From an uncultured delta proteobacterium (GTDB lineage Bacteria; Myxococcota_A; Polyangia; Polyangiales; Polyangiaceae), in the NCBI GenBank assembly GCA_963782055.1, contig CAWAIF010000003.1, positions 6,496,001-6,560,000 on the forward strand: a stretch of 64,000 nucleotides of DNA, in the 5' to 3' direction. Shown here one piece after another: positions 39,256 to 50,152 of the stretch. Numbering within the stretch: position 1 is the stretch's first letter; the number at the start of each line of letters is the position of its first letter. The notes under the pieces were generated by a model, which was given only the letters and a program-made list of their open reading frames with translations, did no database searches and was not told the DNA's origin. A program made the translations under genes and the position numbers.

Positions 39256-39870
39256 TCAGCCCGCGGACCACATCTTGTCGGTCTGGCCCATGTGGAAGAA
39301 CCCCGACAGCGCGCGGCGCATCTCCGACCACCGGCGCGTGCGCACGTACCGGCGCTCCAGCCCGCGCACGAACCTGTGGGCCGCGCGGTTCGCCACGCGG
39401 TAGCGCTGCCCCAGGTCGGAGCCCTCCTCGTGCACGAAGCGCACGTGCTCGTAGAGGCGCTCGCGCAGCCTCCGGCTCCTCGGCTCGTCCAGGTCGTCGA
39501 GCTGCGCGGCGAGCACCACGTACTTGTCCACCTCCGCCTGCAGCTCCATCTCCAGCGCGGTGGTGGCGCGGTCCGCCGAAGCGCGGTGCGCCAGGTACAC
39601 GAAGTGGCTCACCCCCTCGATCACCTGGCACAGGACGTCGAAGCCCCGGTGCTCCACCTGCGGCAGCCGCAACCCCATCTCCAGCGTGCCGTCCTCCGAC
39701 TCGCGCACGAAGAGCGTCTCGCGCTCGCCCTCCTCCGCCGGGAGCACGAACGCCTCCACGTCGGCGACGCGGTCGAGACGGTAGGCGCGCTCCAGCAGCC
39801 GCTGCACACTCGCCGCGAGGGCACGCTCCCGGACCAGCGGTGCGCCATTGCCCTCCAGCAGGCTCGTCAC
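39256..39870 (-). CDS. Hypothetical protein (IEGVSHF/ELQAEVDK motifs)
   Basis: GTGA overlap with the upstream gene; coding-like composition. Confidence 0.72.
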   Translation of the reverse strand: MTSLLEGNGAPLVRERALAASVQRLLERAYRLDRVADVEAFVLPAEEGERETLFVRESEDGTLEMGLRLPQVEHRGFDVLCQVIEGVSHFVYLAHRASADRATTALEMELQAEVDKYVVLAAQLDDLDEPRSRRLRERLYEHVRFVHEEGSDLGQRYRVANRAAHRFVRGLERRYVRTRRWSEMRRALSGFFHMGQTDKMWSAG

Positions 39871-40493
39871 TGTACTCCCCGGACCGGGCGCGTGGGGATG
39901 AGGCCGTGCTCGGTGAGCGACACCGCCAGCCGGTCGCTGCCCGTCTTGAGCCAGCGCTCGTAGACACGCAGCAGCCCCTGCGAGCCGGCGGCGCCGCCTG
40001 CCAGCGTCACGTCGGCGATCTCCCGGAGCACCGACACGAACGCCTCGAAGCGCTCCGCCAGCTCGGCGAACAGGTCGATGCTCTGCGCCTGCTGCTCGAG
40101 GGAGGTCGTCGACGACGAGGTGCGCAGCATCGCGCTGGCGGTTCCGTACGCCCGCGTCCCGATACCCAGCACGTAGCGGCGGTCGATCCCGCGGGCATCG
40201 AAGTGGTCGCCGAAGAAGCCCGTCGCGTACAGGACCGTGTCGCCCAGCACGCGCAGCCGCTCGAACCGGTCGGCCGGCTCGGGGGTCGTCAGCGCGGCCT
40301 CGAGCTGCAGGGTGAGGGGCTGGTGCAGGGCCTCGTCCTGCTCCTTCTGCGGCCGCGTGTAGTCGGCCAGCAGCTCCACCAAATACGAGGTCGCGACGAT
40401 CGAGGCCTCCAGCTGCCGCGCCCGCAGGGCGTCGCCCACCATCTCGTCGAAGAAGCCCCGGACCGATCCCGTCGCGACGATGCCTGCCGTCAT
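39867..40493 (-). CDS. Hypothetical protein
   Basis: 208-aa ORF with LRVLGDTVLYATGFF and YERWLKTGS; divergent from groES. Confidence 0.75.
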   Translation of the reverse strand: MTAGIVATGSVRGFFDEMVGDALRARQLEASIVATSYLVELLADYTRPQKEQDEALHQPLTLQLEAALTTPEPADRFERLRVLGDTVLYATGFFGDHFDARGIDRRYVLGIGTRAYGTASAMLRTSSSTTSLEQQAQSIDLFAELAERFEAFVSVLREIADVTLAGGAAGSQGLLRVYERWLKTGSDRLAVSLTEHGLIPTRPVRGVQ

Positions 40494-40593
40494 GGCGTCT
40501 GTCCGATCGCTCGCATGCTGACGATCATTTTACGCCCGCCGAAATAGAGCGGCAATTTCAGGCACTTGGAGATGGCGAGCCGGCGCCCCCGCG

Positions 40594-40620
40594 CTGGCAC
40601 TCCCCCCGGACCCCTGCCAA
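40594..40620. promoter_or_regulatory. Degenerate second CIRCE element
   Basis: CTGGCACTC-N9-CCCTGCCAA. Confidence 0.5.
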
Positions 40621-40719
40621 TCCGCTCAGTGCTGCGAAAGTGACGAGATTTCCACAGGTTGGAAACGACGCGCTGCCCCTTGACGTCACGGCGTGGCCGC
40701 TTATCTTCCCCGCGCGCTG

Positions 40720-40746
40720 CTAGCACTCTCCCCTGGTGAGTGCCAA
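40720..40746. promoter_or_regulatory. CIRCE element (HrcA operator)
   Basis: CTAGCACTC-N9-GAGTGCCAA, downstream of a candidate promoter TTGACG(40680)...TATCTT. Confidence 0.92.
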
Positions 40747-40876
40747 GAATCGACCTGCGGTCGAGCCGCAGCGCCCTCGACGCTGCTTCGGCGGGGTCGG
40801 TGTCGTCACTTCGAGCCGCCCACGGGCGGCTCGGCTCCGCCACCCGGCGCGAGCCCAAACGAGAAGGAGAGCAACC

Positions 40877-41170
40877 ATGGCCAACATTCGCCCGCTTCAG
40901 GACCGGGTCATCGTCAAGCGCATCAAGGAAGAGGAAAAGACCAAGGGCGGGATCATCATCCCCGACTCGGCCAAGGAGAAGCCGGTCGAGGGCGAGGTGC
41001 TCGCGGTCGGCAACGGCAAGGTCAACGAGGACGGCTCCGTCCGCAAGCTGGACGTGAAGGTCGGCGACCGCGTGCTCTTCGGCAAGTACAGCGGCACCGA
41101 GGTGAAGATCGACGGCGAAGAGCGCCTGATCCTGCGCGAGGACGACATCCTCGGCGTGCTCGAGAAGTGA
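40877..41170 (+). CDS. groES: Co-chaperonin GroES
   Basis: [39 protein letters not shown]. Confidence 0.98.
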   Translation: MANIRPLQDRVIVKRIKEEEKTKGGIIIPDSAKEKPVEGEVLAVGNGKVNEDGSVRKLDVKVGDRVLFGKYSGTEVKIDGEERLILREDDILGVLEK

Positions 41171-41189
41171 CCGGAACCCCAAGGACTAG

Positions 41190-42824
<1,635 letters not shown>

Positions 42825-42844
42825 TCGCCGCTCCCGCACGGAAG

Positions 42845-42886
42845 GAGGCCCTCGGGTTCGCAAGGACCCGGGGGCCTCGTCTTTTT
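42845..42886 (+). terminator. Rho-independent terminator
   Basis: GAGGCCCTCGGGTTC-GCAA-GGACCCGGGGGCCTC stem-loop followed by a T-tract. Confidence 0.85.
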
Positions 42887-42958
42887 GTTCGCGGGAGGGG
42901 CGCAGCATGCGCGTGCTAACGGTCCGAGCGCGGCCCGATTTCGTGCGACGCTGCGCGC

Positions 42959-43792
42959 ATGCGACCCGACGCGCTGGAGCGGCGCGACCCCGAGTTCATC
43001 CGCGAGGTTCTCCCCGCCTTCCTCTTCCTCGCGCGGCGCTACCACCACACCACCATCACCGGCCTGAAGAACGTCCCCGACGGCCCGGCGCTGATGGTCG
43101 GCAACCACAACGGCGGGTACCTGGTGCCGGACATGTTCGCGTTCATGGCGGAGTACTGGGACCGCTTCGGCGTGCAGTCCCCGTCCTACGGCCTGATGCA
43201 CGACTTTCTCTTCGGGGTCCCCGCCCTGGGCACGCTGATGGCGAAGGTCGGCGCGGTGCCAGCCGACCCGCAGAACGCGGCGACGCTGCTGGGCCGTGGC
43301 GCGCGCGTGCTCGTCTACCCGGGTGGCGACATCGACGCGTACAAGCCGTACGCGCGCCGGCACGAGGTGGTGTTCGGCGAGCGCACCGGCTTCGTGCGGG
43401 TGGCGCTGCGCGCCGGCGTGCCGATCGTTCCGCTGGTCTCCTGCGGCGCCCACGAGGCGCTGCACGTCTTCACCGATGGGCGCGCGCTCGCCCGGCGTAC
43501 GCACTTCAAGCGCGTGATGCGGGTGGAGGTGCTGCCGGTCGCCTTCTCCCTGCCCTTCGGGCTCAGCTTCGGGCCGGCCTTCCTCTACCTGCCCGCGCCG
43601 GTGCGCATGAAGCTGAGGGTGCTCCCGCCCATCCACTTCGATGGGCTCGGGCCCGAGGACGCGAAGGACCCCGCGGTGCTGCGCCGCTGCCAGGAGCAGG
43701 TGCGCGGCGTGATGCAGCGCGCCCTCGACGAGATGGTCGCGGAGGGCGGCTGCGGACGCCGCAAGCTCACCGACGTGCTGCGGGGGCGCTGA
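42959..43792 (+). CDS. Lysophospholipid/DAG acyltransferase family protein
   Basis: VGNHNGG...D, VYPGG, GFVRVALRAGVPIVP. Confidence 0.88.
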   Translation: MRPDALERRDPEFIREVLPAFLFLARRYHHTTITGLKNVPDGPALMVGNHNGGYLVPDMFAFMAEYWDRFGVQSPSYGLMHDFLFGVPALGTLMAKVGAVPADPQNAATLLGRGARVLVYPGGDIDAYKPYARRHEVVFGERTGFVRVALRAGVPIVPLVSCGAHEALHVFTDGRALARRTHFKRVMRVEVLPVAFSLPFGLSFGPAFLYLPAPVRMKLRVLPPIHFDGLGPEDAKDPAVLRRCQEQVRGVMQRALDEMVAEGGCGRRKLTDVLRGR

Positions 43793-43795
43793 CGA

Positions 43796-45271
43796 TCAGC
43801 GGCGGCGACGGCGGCGCGCGGCGCCCGCGAGGGCCAGGCCGAGCAGGCCGATGACCGAGACGCCGAGCGAGCCGCGCGTGCCGGAGGTGTCGCAGCCGTC
43901 GCCGGACTTGGCGCCCGGCGTGGAGCCCGGCGCGTACGGCGTGGTCTGCCCGCCCGGGCACGGGTTGTAGCTCGGGTCGGTGAAGTCCTTGGTCTGGATC
44001 TGGTTGGAGACGACGGCCTGCGTCGGCTCGGCGCCGACGACCAGATCCGTACCGAGCGCGGTCGCTGGCAGGTTGGTGCGCAGGCGGGTGATGGTGATGT
44101 CGGAGGGGTTCATCCCGGCGGTGGCGCGGTCGAAGTCGTCGAAGACGTCGCACGCGGGGACCTGCACGGTGCAGTTGCCGGCGTCGGGCGGGCCGCCCGC
44201 GTCGAGCACGCCGCCGTCGTCGCCCGCGTCGGGGGAGCCGGCGTCCGGCGTGCCGGCGTCGGGCACGTCGCACGGCACGTCCACCGGCGGCGCGATCTGG
44301 CAGGCGTTCTGGTAGACGTTCTCGGCGACGGGCACCGCGCCCTTGCCGGCGTACTCGGTGACCCACACACCCTTCGGGTCGCCGTCGGTCGTCTGCGCGA
44401 ACAGGGTGGTGTAGTTGGAGCGCTGCGCGTTGCCGTCCCACTTCACGTTCGCCGGATCGATCACCGCGTTGTCGAAGGTGGTGGCCTGATAGCGCCCCTC
44501 GCTGATGACGAAGAGCTCGATGCCCACGCTCTGGCCCACGCCCGCCGCCACCATGCGCAGCGGCAGCGTGCCGTCGGCGCCGGGAGAGACGACCCGGAGC
44601 GGCTGCATCGCCCGAACGCCCTGGTTGGGGCGCAGGCGCACCGCGACGAAGTCGAACTTCAGGTTGTTGTAGTAGTCCAGCACCGGGGTGATGGACGACG
44701 GGATGGCGAAGTTGTGCTGCTGCAGCCAGTCGGTGATGGCCTGGCCCTGCGACGCGCGCAGGATGACCGCCTCGTACGGGCCGACGACGTTGTCGCTGAC
44801 GACCTGCACGCCCGCGTCGTAGGCCGCCCCTGCGTCCGCGCCGCGGTAGGTGCCGCCGGCGTTGGGCGTCTGCAGCGAGCTGTCCGCCGCGGCGCCGCAC
44901 CCGAACCCGCCGCCACCCCCTGACCCTTGCGGGTAGTAGCAGGTGACCTGCGGCGGGGAGATGGTCGGGGCGGTGGCGTTCTCCAGCGCGGTGAGGAACT
45001 CGTCTCGGGCGAGCTCGATCACCGTGCCGGCGCGGACGGGCAGCACCCAAGCGAACTCGGTCGGGTTGCCGGAGTAGCGCACCTGGTCCCACAGGATGGT
45101 CTGCGTCTGCGAGACGGAGAAGGCCATCCGGTGGTCGGTGATGACGCTGGGGGTCTCGTTGGGAACCTGCTCGTGAAAGCAGCCGCCGCAGGCGCGCGCC
45201 GGCGCCTCGTGCCAGACGGCGCAAGCCGCCATCGCCACCAGACCCAGTCCAACCTTCGAAAACGCGCGCAT
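43796..45271 (-). CDS. DUF2330 family exported protein with MYXO-CTERM-like tail (copy 1)
   Basis: ARACGGCF, FAWVLPV, VGPYE, LPLRM; C-terminal GC...TM...RRRRRR. Confidence 0.85.
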   Translation of the reverse strand: MRAFSKVGLGLVAMAACAVWHEAPARACGGCFHEQVPNETPSVITDHRMAFSVSQTQTILWDQVRYSGNPTEFAWVLPVRAGTVIELARDEFLTALENATAPTISPPQVTCYYPQGSGGGGGFGCGAAADSSLQTPNAGGTYRGADAGAAYDAGVQVVSDNVVGPYEAVILRASQGQAITDWLQQHNFAIPSSITPVLDYYNNLKFDFVAVRLRPNQGVRAMQPLRVVSPGADGTLPLRMVAAGVGQSVGIELFVISEGRYQATTFDNAVIDPANVKWDGNAQRSNYTTLFAQTTDGDPKGVWVTEYAGKGAVPVAENVYQNACQIAPPVDVPCDVPDAGTPDAGSPDAGDDGGVLDAGGPPDAGNCTVQVPACDVFDDFDRATAGMNPSDITITRLRTNLPATALGTDLVVGAEPTQAVVSNQIQTKDFTDPSYNPCPGGQTTPYAPGSTPGAKSGDGCDTSGTRGSLGVSVIGLLGLALAGAARRRRRR

Positions 45272-46410
45272 CGAGGCCTCCCTACGTGCCAGCCCGCGCC
45301 GACCATGACGCGGATGTCACACCCGGACCAGGCTCCTGCCACCGGCTGGCGGGGGATCCTGGTCGCTGGGGTTTCTATCGCAAGGGGGATGCCATCGACG
45401 CGTCACCGCCGGCGGCGGCGGATGGCGCCCGCGAGGGCCAGGCCGAGCAGGCCGATGACCGAGACGCCGAGCGAGCCGCGCGTGCCGGAGGTGTCGCAGC
45501 CGTCGCCGGACTTGGCGCCCGGCGTGGAGCCCGGCGCGTACGGCGTGGTCTGCCCGCCCGGGCACGGGTTGTAGCTCGGGTCGGTGAAGTCCTTGGTCTG
45601 GATCTGGTTGGAGACGACGGCCTGCGTCGGCTCGGCGCCGACGACCAGATCCGTACCGAGCGCGGTCACCGGCAGGTTGGTGCGCAGGCGGGTGATGGTG
45701 ATGTCGGAGGGGTTCATCCCTGCGGTGGCGCGGTCGAAGTCGTCGAAGACGTCGCACGCGGGGACCGTCACGGTGCAGTTGCCGGCGTCGGGCGGGCCGC
45801 CCGCGTCGAGCACGCCGCCGTCGTCGCCCGCGTCGGGGGAGCCGGCGTCCGGCGTGCCGGCGTCGGGCACGTCGCACGGCACGTCCACCGGCGGCGCGAT
45901 CTGGCAGGCGTTCTGGTAGACGTTCTCGGCGACGGGCACCGCGCCCTTGCCGGCGTACTCGGTGACCCACACACCCTTCGGGTCGCCGTCGGTCGTCTGC
46001 GCGAACAGGGTGGTGTAGTTGGAGCGCTGCGCGTTGCCGTCCCACTTCACGTTCGCCGGATCGATCACCGCGTTGTCGAAGGTGGTGGCCTGGTAGCGCC
46101 CCTCGCTGATGACGAAGAGCTCGATGCCCACGCTCTGGCCCACGCCCGCCGCCACCATGCGCAGCGGCAGCGTGCCGTCGGCGCCGGGAGAGACGACCCG
46201 GAGCGGCTGCATCGCCCGCACGCCCTGGTTGGGGCGCAGGCGCACCGCGACGAAGTCGAACTTCAGGTTGTTGTAGTAGTCCAGCACCGGCGTGATGGAC
46301 GACGGGATGGCGAAGTTGTGCTGCTGCAGCCAGTCGGTGATCGCCTGGCCCTGCGACGCGCGAAGGATGACGGCCTCGTAGGGGCCGACGACGTTGTCGC
46401 TGACGACCTG
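43820..46410. repeat. ~0.99-kb near-identical direct repeat (43820-44806 vs 45424-46410)
   Basis: Constant offset of 1604 bp; about a dozen substitutions counted by eye. Confidence 0.9.
45379..45394 (-). promoter_or_regulatory. Sigma54 promoter for DUF2330 copy 1
   Basis: TGGCAT-CCCCC-TTGCG, near-consensus -24/-12. Confidence 0.65.
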
Positions 46411-46878
46411 TACTCCGGCGTCCTTGGAGATCCCTGCGCCGGCGTCCCGCGCGGAGGTCGGGGCGGTCCCGCCGAAGTCGGCGGTGTTGGACGACGCGCC
46501 GCAGCCGAAGCCGCCGCCGCCGCCGGCGGAGCCGGGCGGGTAGTAGCAGGTGACCTGCGGCGGGGCGATCGTCGGCGCGGTCGCGTTCTCCAGCGCGGTG
46601 AGGAACTCGTCGCGCGCCAGCTCGACGACGGTGCCGGCTCGGACCGGCAGCACCCACGCGAACTCGGCGGGATCGCCGGAGTAGCGCACCTGATCCCAGA
46701 GGATCGTCTGCGTCTGCGAGACGGAGAAGGCCATGCGGTGATCGGTGATGACGGTGGGCGTCTCGTTCGGGTTCTGCTCGTGGAAGCACCCACCGCAGGC
46801 GCGCGCCGGCGCCTGGTGCCACACGGCGCACGCCGCGAGTGTCGCCACGGCCACTCCCACCTTCGAGAAACTACGCAT
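45403..46878 (-). CDS. DUF2330 family exported protein with MYXO-CTERM-like tail (copy 2)
   Basis: Same motifs as copy 1; GGAGG RBS before ATG 46878. Confidence 0.85.
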   Translation of the reverse strand: MRSFSKVGVAVATLAACAVWHQAPARACGGCFHEQNPNETPTVITDHRMAFSVSQTQTILWDQVRYSGDPAEFAWVLPVRAGTVVELARDEFLTALENATAPTIAPPQVTCYYPPGSAGGGGGFGCGASSNTADFGGTAPTSARDAGAGISKDAGVQVVSDNVVGPYEAVILRASQGQAITDWLQQHNFAIPSSITPVLDYYNNLKFDFVAVRLRPNQGVRAMQPLRVVSPGADGTLPLRMVAAGVGQSVGIELFVISEGRYQATTFDNAVIDPANVKWDGNAQRSNYTTLFAQTTDGDPKGVWVTEYAGKGAVPVAENVYQNACQIAPPVDVPCDVPDAGTPDAGSPDAGDDGGVLDAGGPPDAGNCTVTVPACDVFDDFDRATAGMNPSDITITRLRTNLPVTALGTDLVVGAEPTQAVVSNQIQTKDFTDPSYNPCPGGQTTPYAPGSTPGAKSGDGCDTSGTRGSLGVSVIGLLGLALAGAIRRRRR

Positions 46879-46994
46879 TCGAGGCCTCCGTCCTTGCGCG
46901 CGCCCCACGACGCGCACTCCCCACCTGATCCGCAATCATGCCACTTCGGGCGGCGACGATCCCGAGCAAAGTGATCGGCGGCGAACCGGCGAGC

Positions 46995-48077
46995 TCAGCC
47001 GCCCTTCTTGTGGGGCGGAGGCTTGAACAGACCCAGCTCGGTGCGGACCTCCAGGCCATTGCCGTACTGCCAGACCTTGAGGACCTTGCCGTCGCGGAGC
47101 TGGAACACCTGCGCGGTGTGGATGGCCACGTTCTTGCCGGTGGCGGGGAAGCCCTCCCAGCGGGCGCTCTGCTTGCCGGTGAGGGTCGTCTCGGCGATGA
47201 CCCAGCTCCCGAAGCCCCACGCCCCGGTGACGTTCACCTTCGGGCCGGTGAGCGCCTTCTGGAGGGTGTCGAACGCCTTCTTCATGTCGACGGTCCCCAG
47301 GTAGCTCTCCTGGCGGGTCACGTCGTCCCACACGATGGAGTTGTTCATCGCGCCGATGAAGTCGGCGTCGTTCTTCTTCTCCACCGAGCCCCAGAGCTTC
47401 TTCACCACCTCGACGTTCTTGTCCTCTTCGGGCGTACCCGCGCTCTGCACGGTGCGCATGGAGGCGGGGGCGAGCGGCGGGGGTCGGACCTTCTTCGTCT
47501 TGAGCGCGCCAATCTGCTCGAGCACGTTGGCCATGTCGAAGTAGCGGCGCTCCTTGGTGACCAGGCCGTCGTCGCCCACCTCGAGCACGCTGAGGCCGCG
47601 GACGCCGATCTGCTTGTCGGTGCGCTTGTGGCCCATGAACTCGCCCTGCTGCCGGGCGGAGAGCACCCACTCCAGCGCGGCGACCTTTCCCTTGGAGTAG
47701 AGGTGCGCGCCGGACATGCGCGTGTCGGGGAAGGAGGCGAGGAAGGCCTTCTGCTGCGCCACGATGGCGTCGTTGCCCTGGAGCATCGGCTGGCCGGGCA
47801 TGGAGAGCGTGGCGTCCTTCGCGTAGGCGGTGCCGTAGCGGGTGAGATCCTGCGTGTTGAAGCCGTCCAGGATGGCGTGGATGGCGTCGGTGGCGTCGGG
47901 CCCTGGCGGCGGCGTCTCCACGGCGGCGCTCGCGGAGGGGGCGGCCGACGCGCTGGGCGCAGGTGCCGTGGGCGGGGGAGGCGGTGCAGGTTTCGGCTGC
48001 TCCACCGGCTTCTCCGTCTCACCGCCACCACCGCAGGCCACCAGCAGGCCCAGAAGAACGAATGCCCTCCGCATCAC
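46995..48077 (-). CDS. Lipoprotein with tandem SnoaL/ester-cyclase (NTF2-like) domains
   Basis: Lipobox LVAC, Pro/Ala linker, FLASFPD...RRYFD and PATGKNV...DGKV...QYGN. Confidence 0.82.
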   Translation of the reverse strand: MMRRAFVLLGLLVACGGGGETEKPVEQPKPAPPPPPTAPAPSASAAPSASAAVETPPPGPDATDAIHAILDGFNTQDLTRYGTAYAKDATLSMPGQPMLQGNDAIVAQQKAFLASFPDTRMSGAHLYSKGKVAALEWVLSARQQGEFMGHKRTDKQIGVRGLSVLEVGDDGLVTKERRYFDMANVLEQIGALKTKKVRPPPLAPASMRTVQSAGTPEEDKNVEVVKKLWGSVEKKNDADFIGAMNNSIVWDDVTRQESYLGTVDMKKAFDTLQKALTGPKVNVTGAWGFGSWVIAETTLTGKQSARWEGFPATGKNVAIHTAQVFQLRDGKVLKVWQYGNGLEVRTELGLFKPPPHKKGG

Positions 48078-48120
48078 AACACCTCCTGTCGGGGCGGATA
48101 CTACACCGTCGACAGGAGGG

Positions 48121-48264
48121 GCGGCACGCGCCGCCCCTCCCCGCCCAAGTGAATTGGGCAGGGCCCCTCCTCACGCGGGCCCTCCGCTACGCGTCGGGGC
48201 GTGGCTACCCGCACCAGGTTCCCAGACGGCTGCGGCACGCGCCGCCCCTCCCCGCCCAAGTGAA
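48121..48264. repeat. 33-bp direct repeat pair in a structured intergenic region
   Basis: GCGGCACGCGCCGCCCCTCCCCGCCCAAGTGAA at 48121-48153 and 48232-48264. Confidence 0.85.
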
Positions 48265-48286
48265 ATCCTCCGAGACTTCGAGGGCC

Positions 48287-49006
48287 TCAGGAGAAGACGT
48301 GCACGCCGGGGTGGACCTGGTAGGTGCCGATGGTGCTGCCCTCGCGCGCCGGCTGGCGGGAGCGGACGCTCACGATCTCCCAGTCGGGCAGGACCACGGC
48401 GGTCAGGGTGAGACCGAAGACGCACCCAGTGTCGATGCCCACCGCCCACTCGGAGACCAGCGGCCTGTCGACCACGGTGTGGCCGAAGATCAGGCGCTCC
48501 GGGCCGCGCCAGTGGTTCGTCCAGAAGGTGTGCGTCGCCGGCGCCCTGGAGGGCCAGTAGCTCTTGCGCTCCGGCGGGCGGATGCACTGCGCGTGCAGCA
48601 GGTGATACGGATCCTGCGAGGCGAGCGGAACGCCGGGCATCGCGCCGGCGTGGACGACGGCGGCGCCGTACTCCGGGAGCGGGACGAGCGCGGGCAACGT
48701 CTCGAACCAGGCGTAGTGCTCCGGACCGAGCGCCCGCCGGGTGCGCAGGTGATCCGGGGAGAGGTGCTGGTCCTCGCGGCGGCGGATCTGCAGGTGCTTC
48801 TCCTCGTGGTTGCCGAGGATGCATTCGTGGCGCATGGCGAGCTCGACGCACTCCCGCGACTTCGGGCCGCGGTCGACCAGATCGCCGGCGAAGATGACGC
48901 GGTCCGACGCCGTGACGGCGAGCCGGTCGAGCAGGTCGACTGCCTCGTCGTGGCAGCCGTGGAGATCGCCGACGACGATCGTTCGCCTGGGGTGCCGATT
49001 TTCCAT
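48287..49006 (-). CDS. Calcineurin-like metallophosphoesterase (PPP/ApaH/PrpE-like)
   Basis: GDLHG, GDLVDRG, GNHE, HAG, FGHT, IDTG. Confidence 0.9.
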   Translation of the reverse strand: MENRHPRRTIVVGDLHGCHDEAVDLLDRLAVTASDRVIFAGDLVDRGPKSRECVELAMRHECILGNHEEKHLQIRRREDQHLSPDHLRTRRALGPEHYAWFETLPALVPLPEYGAAVVHAGAMPGVPLASQDPYHLLHAQCIRPPERKSYWPSRAPATHTFWTNHWRGPERLIFGHTVVDRPLVSEWAVGIDTGCVFGLTLTAVVLPDWEIVSVRSRQPAREGSTIGTYQVHPGVHVFS

Positions 49007-49098
49007 GGTGCGAGGGACGCGGCGAGGCATCCGGCCCTGACAGGGTAGCGCGCGGCGTCGGCCTCGGCTTCCGGCGCCCGTTCCGCTAGGCTGCGGCC

Positions 49099-50109
49099 AT
49101 GAGCGACCCCACGCGGTTCTTCCTCCCGCTCGAGATCGTCGCCTCCGGCACGACCGACATCGGCACGGTGCGGCGGCACAACGAGGACGCGGTCCTGCTC
49201 CGGCCGGACCTGGACCTCTACATCCTGGCGGACGGCGCGGGCGGGCACAACGCGGGCAACGTGGCGAGCGCGCTGGCGACGACGGCGATCGCCAACTTCT
49301 TCGAGGCGACGAAGGTGGGCAAGGAGGAGGAGCCGGACCTGGACTCCTTCGGGCTGCCCATCGCCGCGCGCCGCCTCGCCGCGGCGCTGCAGCGCGCCAA
49401 CGAGGACATCCTGGAGATCGCCAAGACCTCCAACAAGCTCAACGGCATGGGCACGACGGCGGTGGCCATCTCCTGCTTCAAGAAGACGGGGGTGATGCAC
49501 GTCGCGCACGTGGGCGACAGCCGCTGCTACCGCTTCCGCGACGGGATCCTGGAGCAGCTCACCCACGACCACTCCCTCATCAACGACGCGCTGGAGATGC
49601 GACCCAACATCGACGACAAGGCGCTCGCCAAGCTGCCGCACAACGTGGTGACGCGCGCGCTCGGCATGGAGCCCAACGTGCGCGTCTCGGTGCGCAGCTA
49701 CCGGATGCTCGCGGGGGACAAGGTCCTGCTCTGCTCCGACGGCCTGTCCGACACGCTGGACGACGACCTCATCGGCGACATCATGGCGACCGACCGCACG
49801 CCGGACGAGACGGTGCGCGCCCTCATCGCCAGGGCGAACGACCTGGGCGCGCAGGACAACATCGGCGTCATCATCGCGCAGATCAAGCTGGCGCCGGACG
49901 CCGTCGCGGTGCCGACGGTGCCGCGCTACACGCCGCGGCGCCCCGCGTCGGTGCCGCCGCCCAACGCCGGTGCGCGCAACGAGGACCCGGAGATCATCAT
50001 CCTGTCGGTGGAGCACGAGGGGGAGCCCCCGCAGTTCCACGTGGTGCCCGCCGAGAGCGCCGACGACGAGGTGATCGAGGCGCTGGAGGACTTCAGCAAG
50101 AACCGGTGA
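49099..50109 (+). CDS. PP2C-family Ser/Thr phosphatase
   Basis: RRHNED, ADGAGGH, MGTT, HVGDSRCY, TRALG, CSDGL, QDN. Confidence 0.93.
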   Translation: MSDPTRFFLPLEIVASGTTDIGTVRRHNEDAVLLRPDLDLYILADGAGGHNAGNVASALATTAIANFFEATKVGKEEEPDLDSFGLPIAARRLAAALQRANEDILEIAKTSNKLNGMGTTAVAISCFKKTGVMHVAHVGDSRCYRFRDGILEQLTHDHSLINDALEMRPNIDDKALAKLPHNVVTRALGMEPNVRVSVRSYRMLAGDKVLLCSDGLSDTLDDDLIGDIMATDRTPDETVRALIARANDLGAQDNIGVIIAQIKLAPDAVAVPTVPRYTPRRPASVPPPNAGARNEDPEIIILSVEHEGEPPQFHVVPAESADDEVIEALEDFSKNR

Positions 50110-50152
50110 GGGGCGTCACCGGTGACGGATCACCGGGTGGGCCGCCCCCGCG

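Noticed and set aside
43796..46878. Diversity-generating retroelement TR/VR pair
   Set aside because: The repeat is ~1 kb of two full genes, differences are not adenine-specific, and no reverse transcriptase is present
46931..46943. Sigma54 promoter for DUF2330 copy 2 (TGGCATGATTGCG)
   Set aside because: GG-to-GC spacing is shorter than the required 10 nt
48121..48264. Mini CRISPR array
   Set aside because: Only two repeats, the 78-bp spacer is too long, and there are no cas genes in the window
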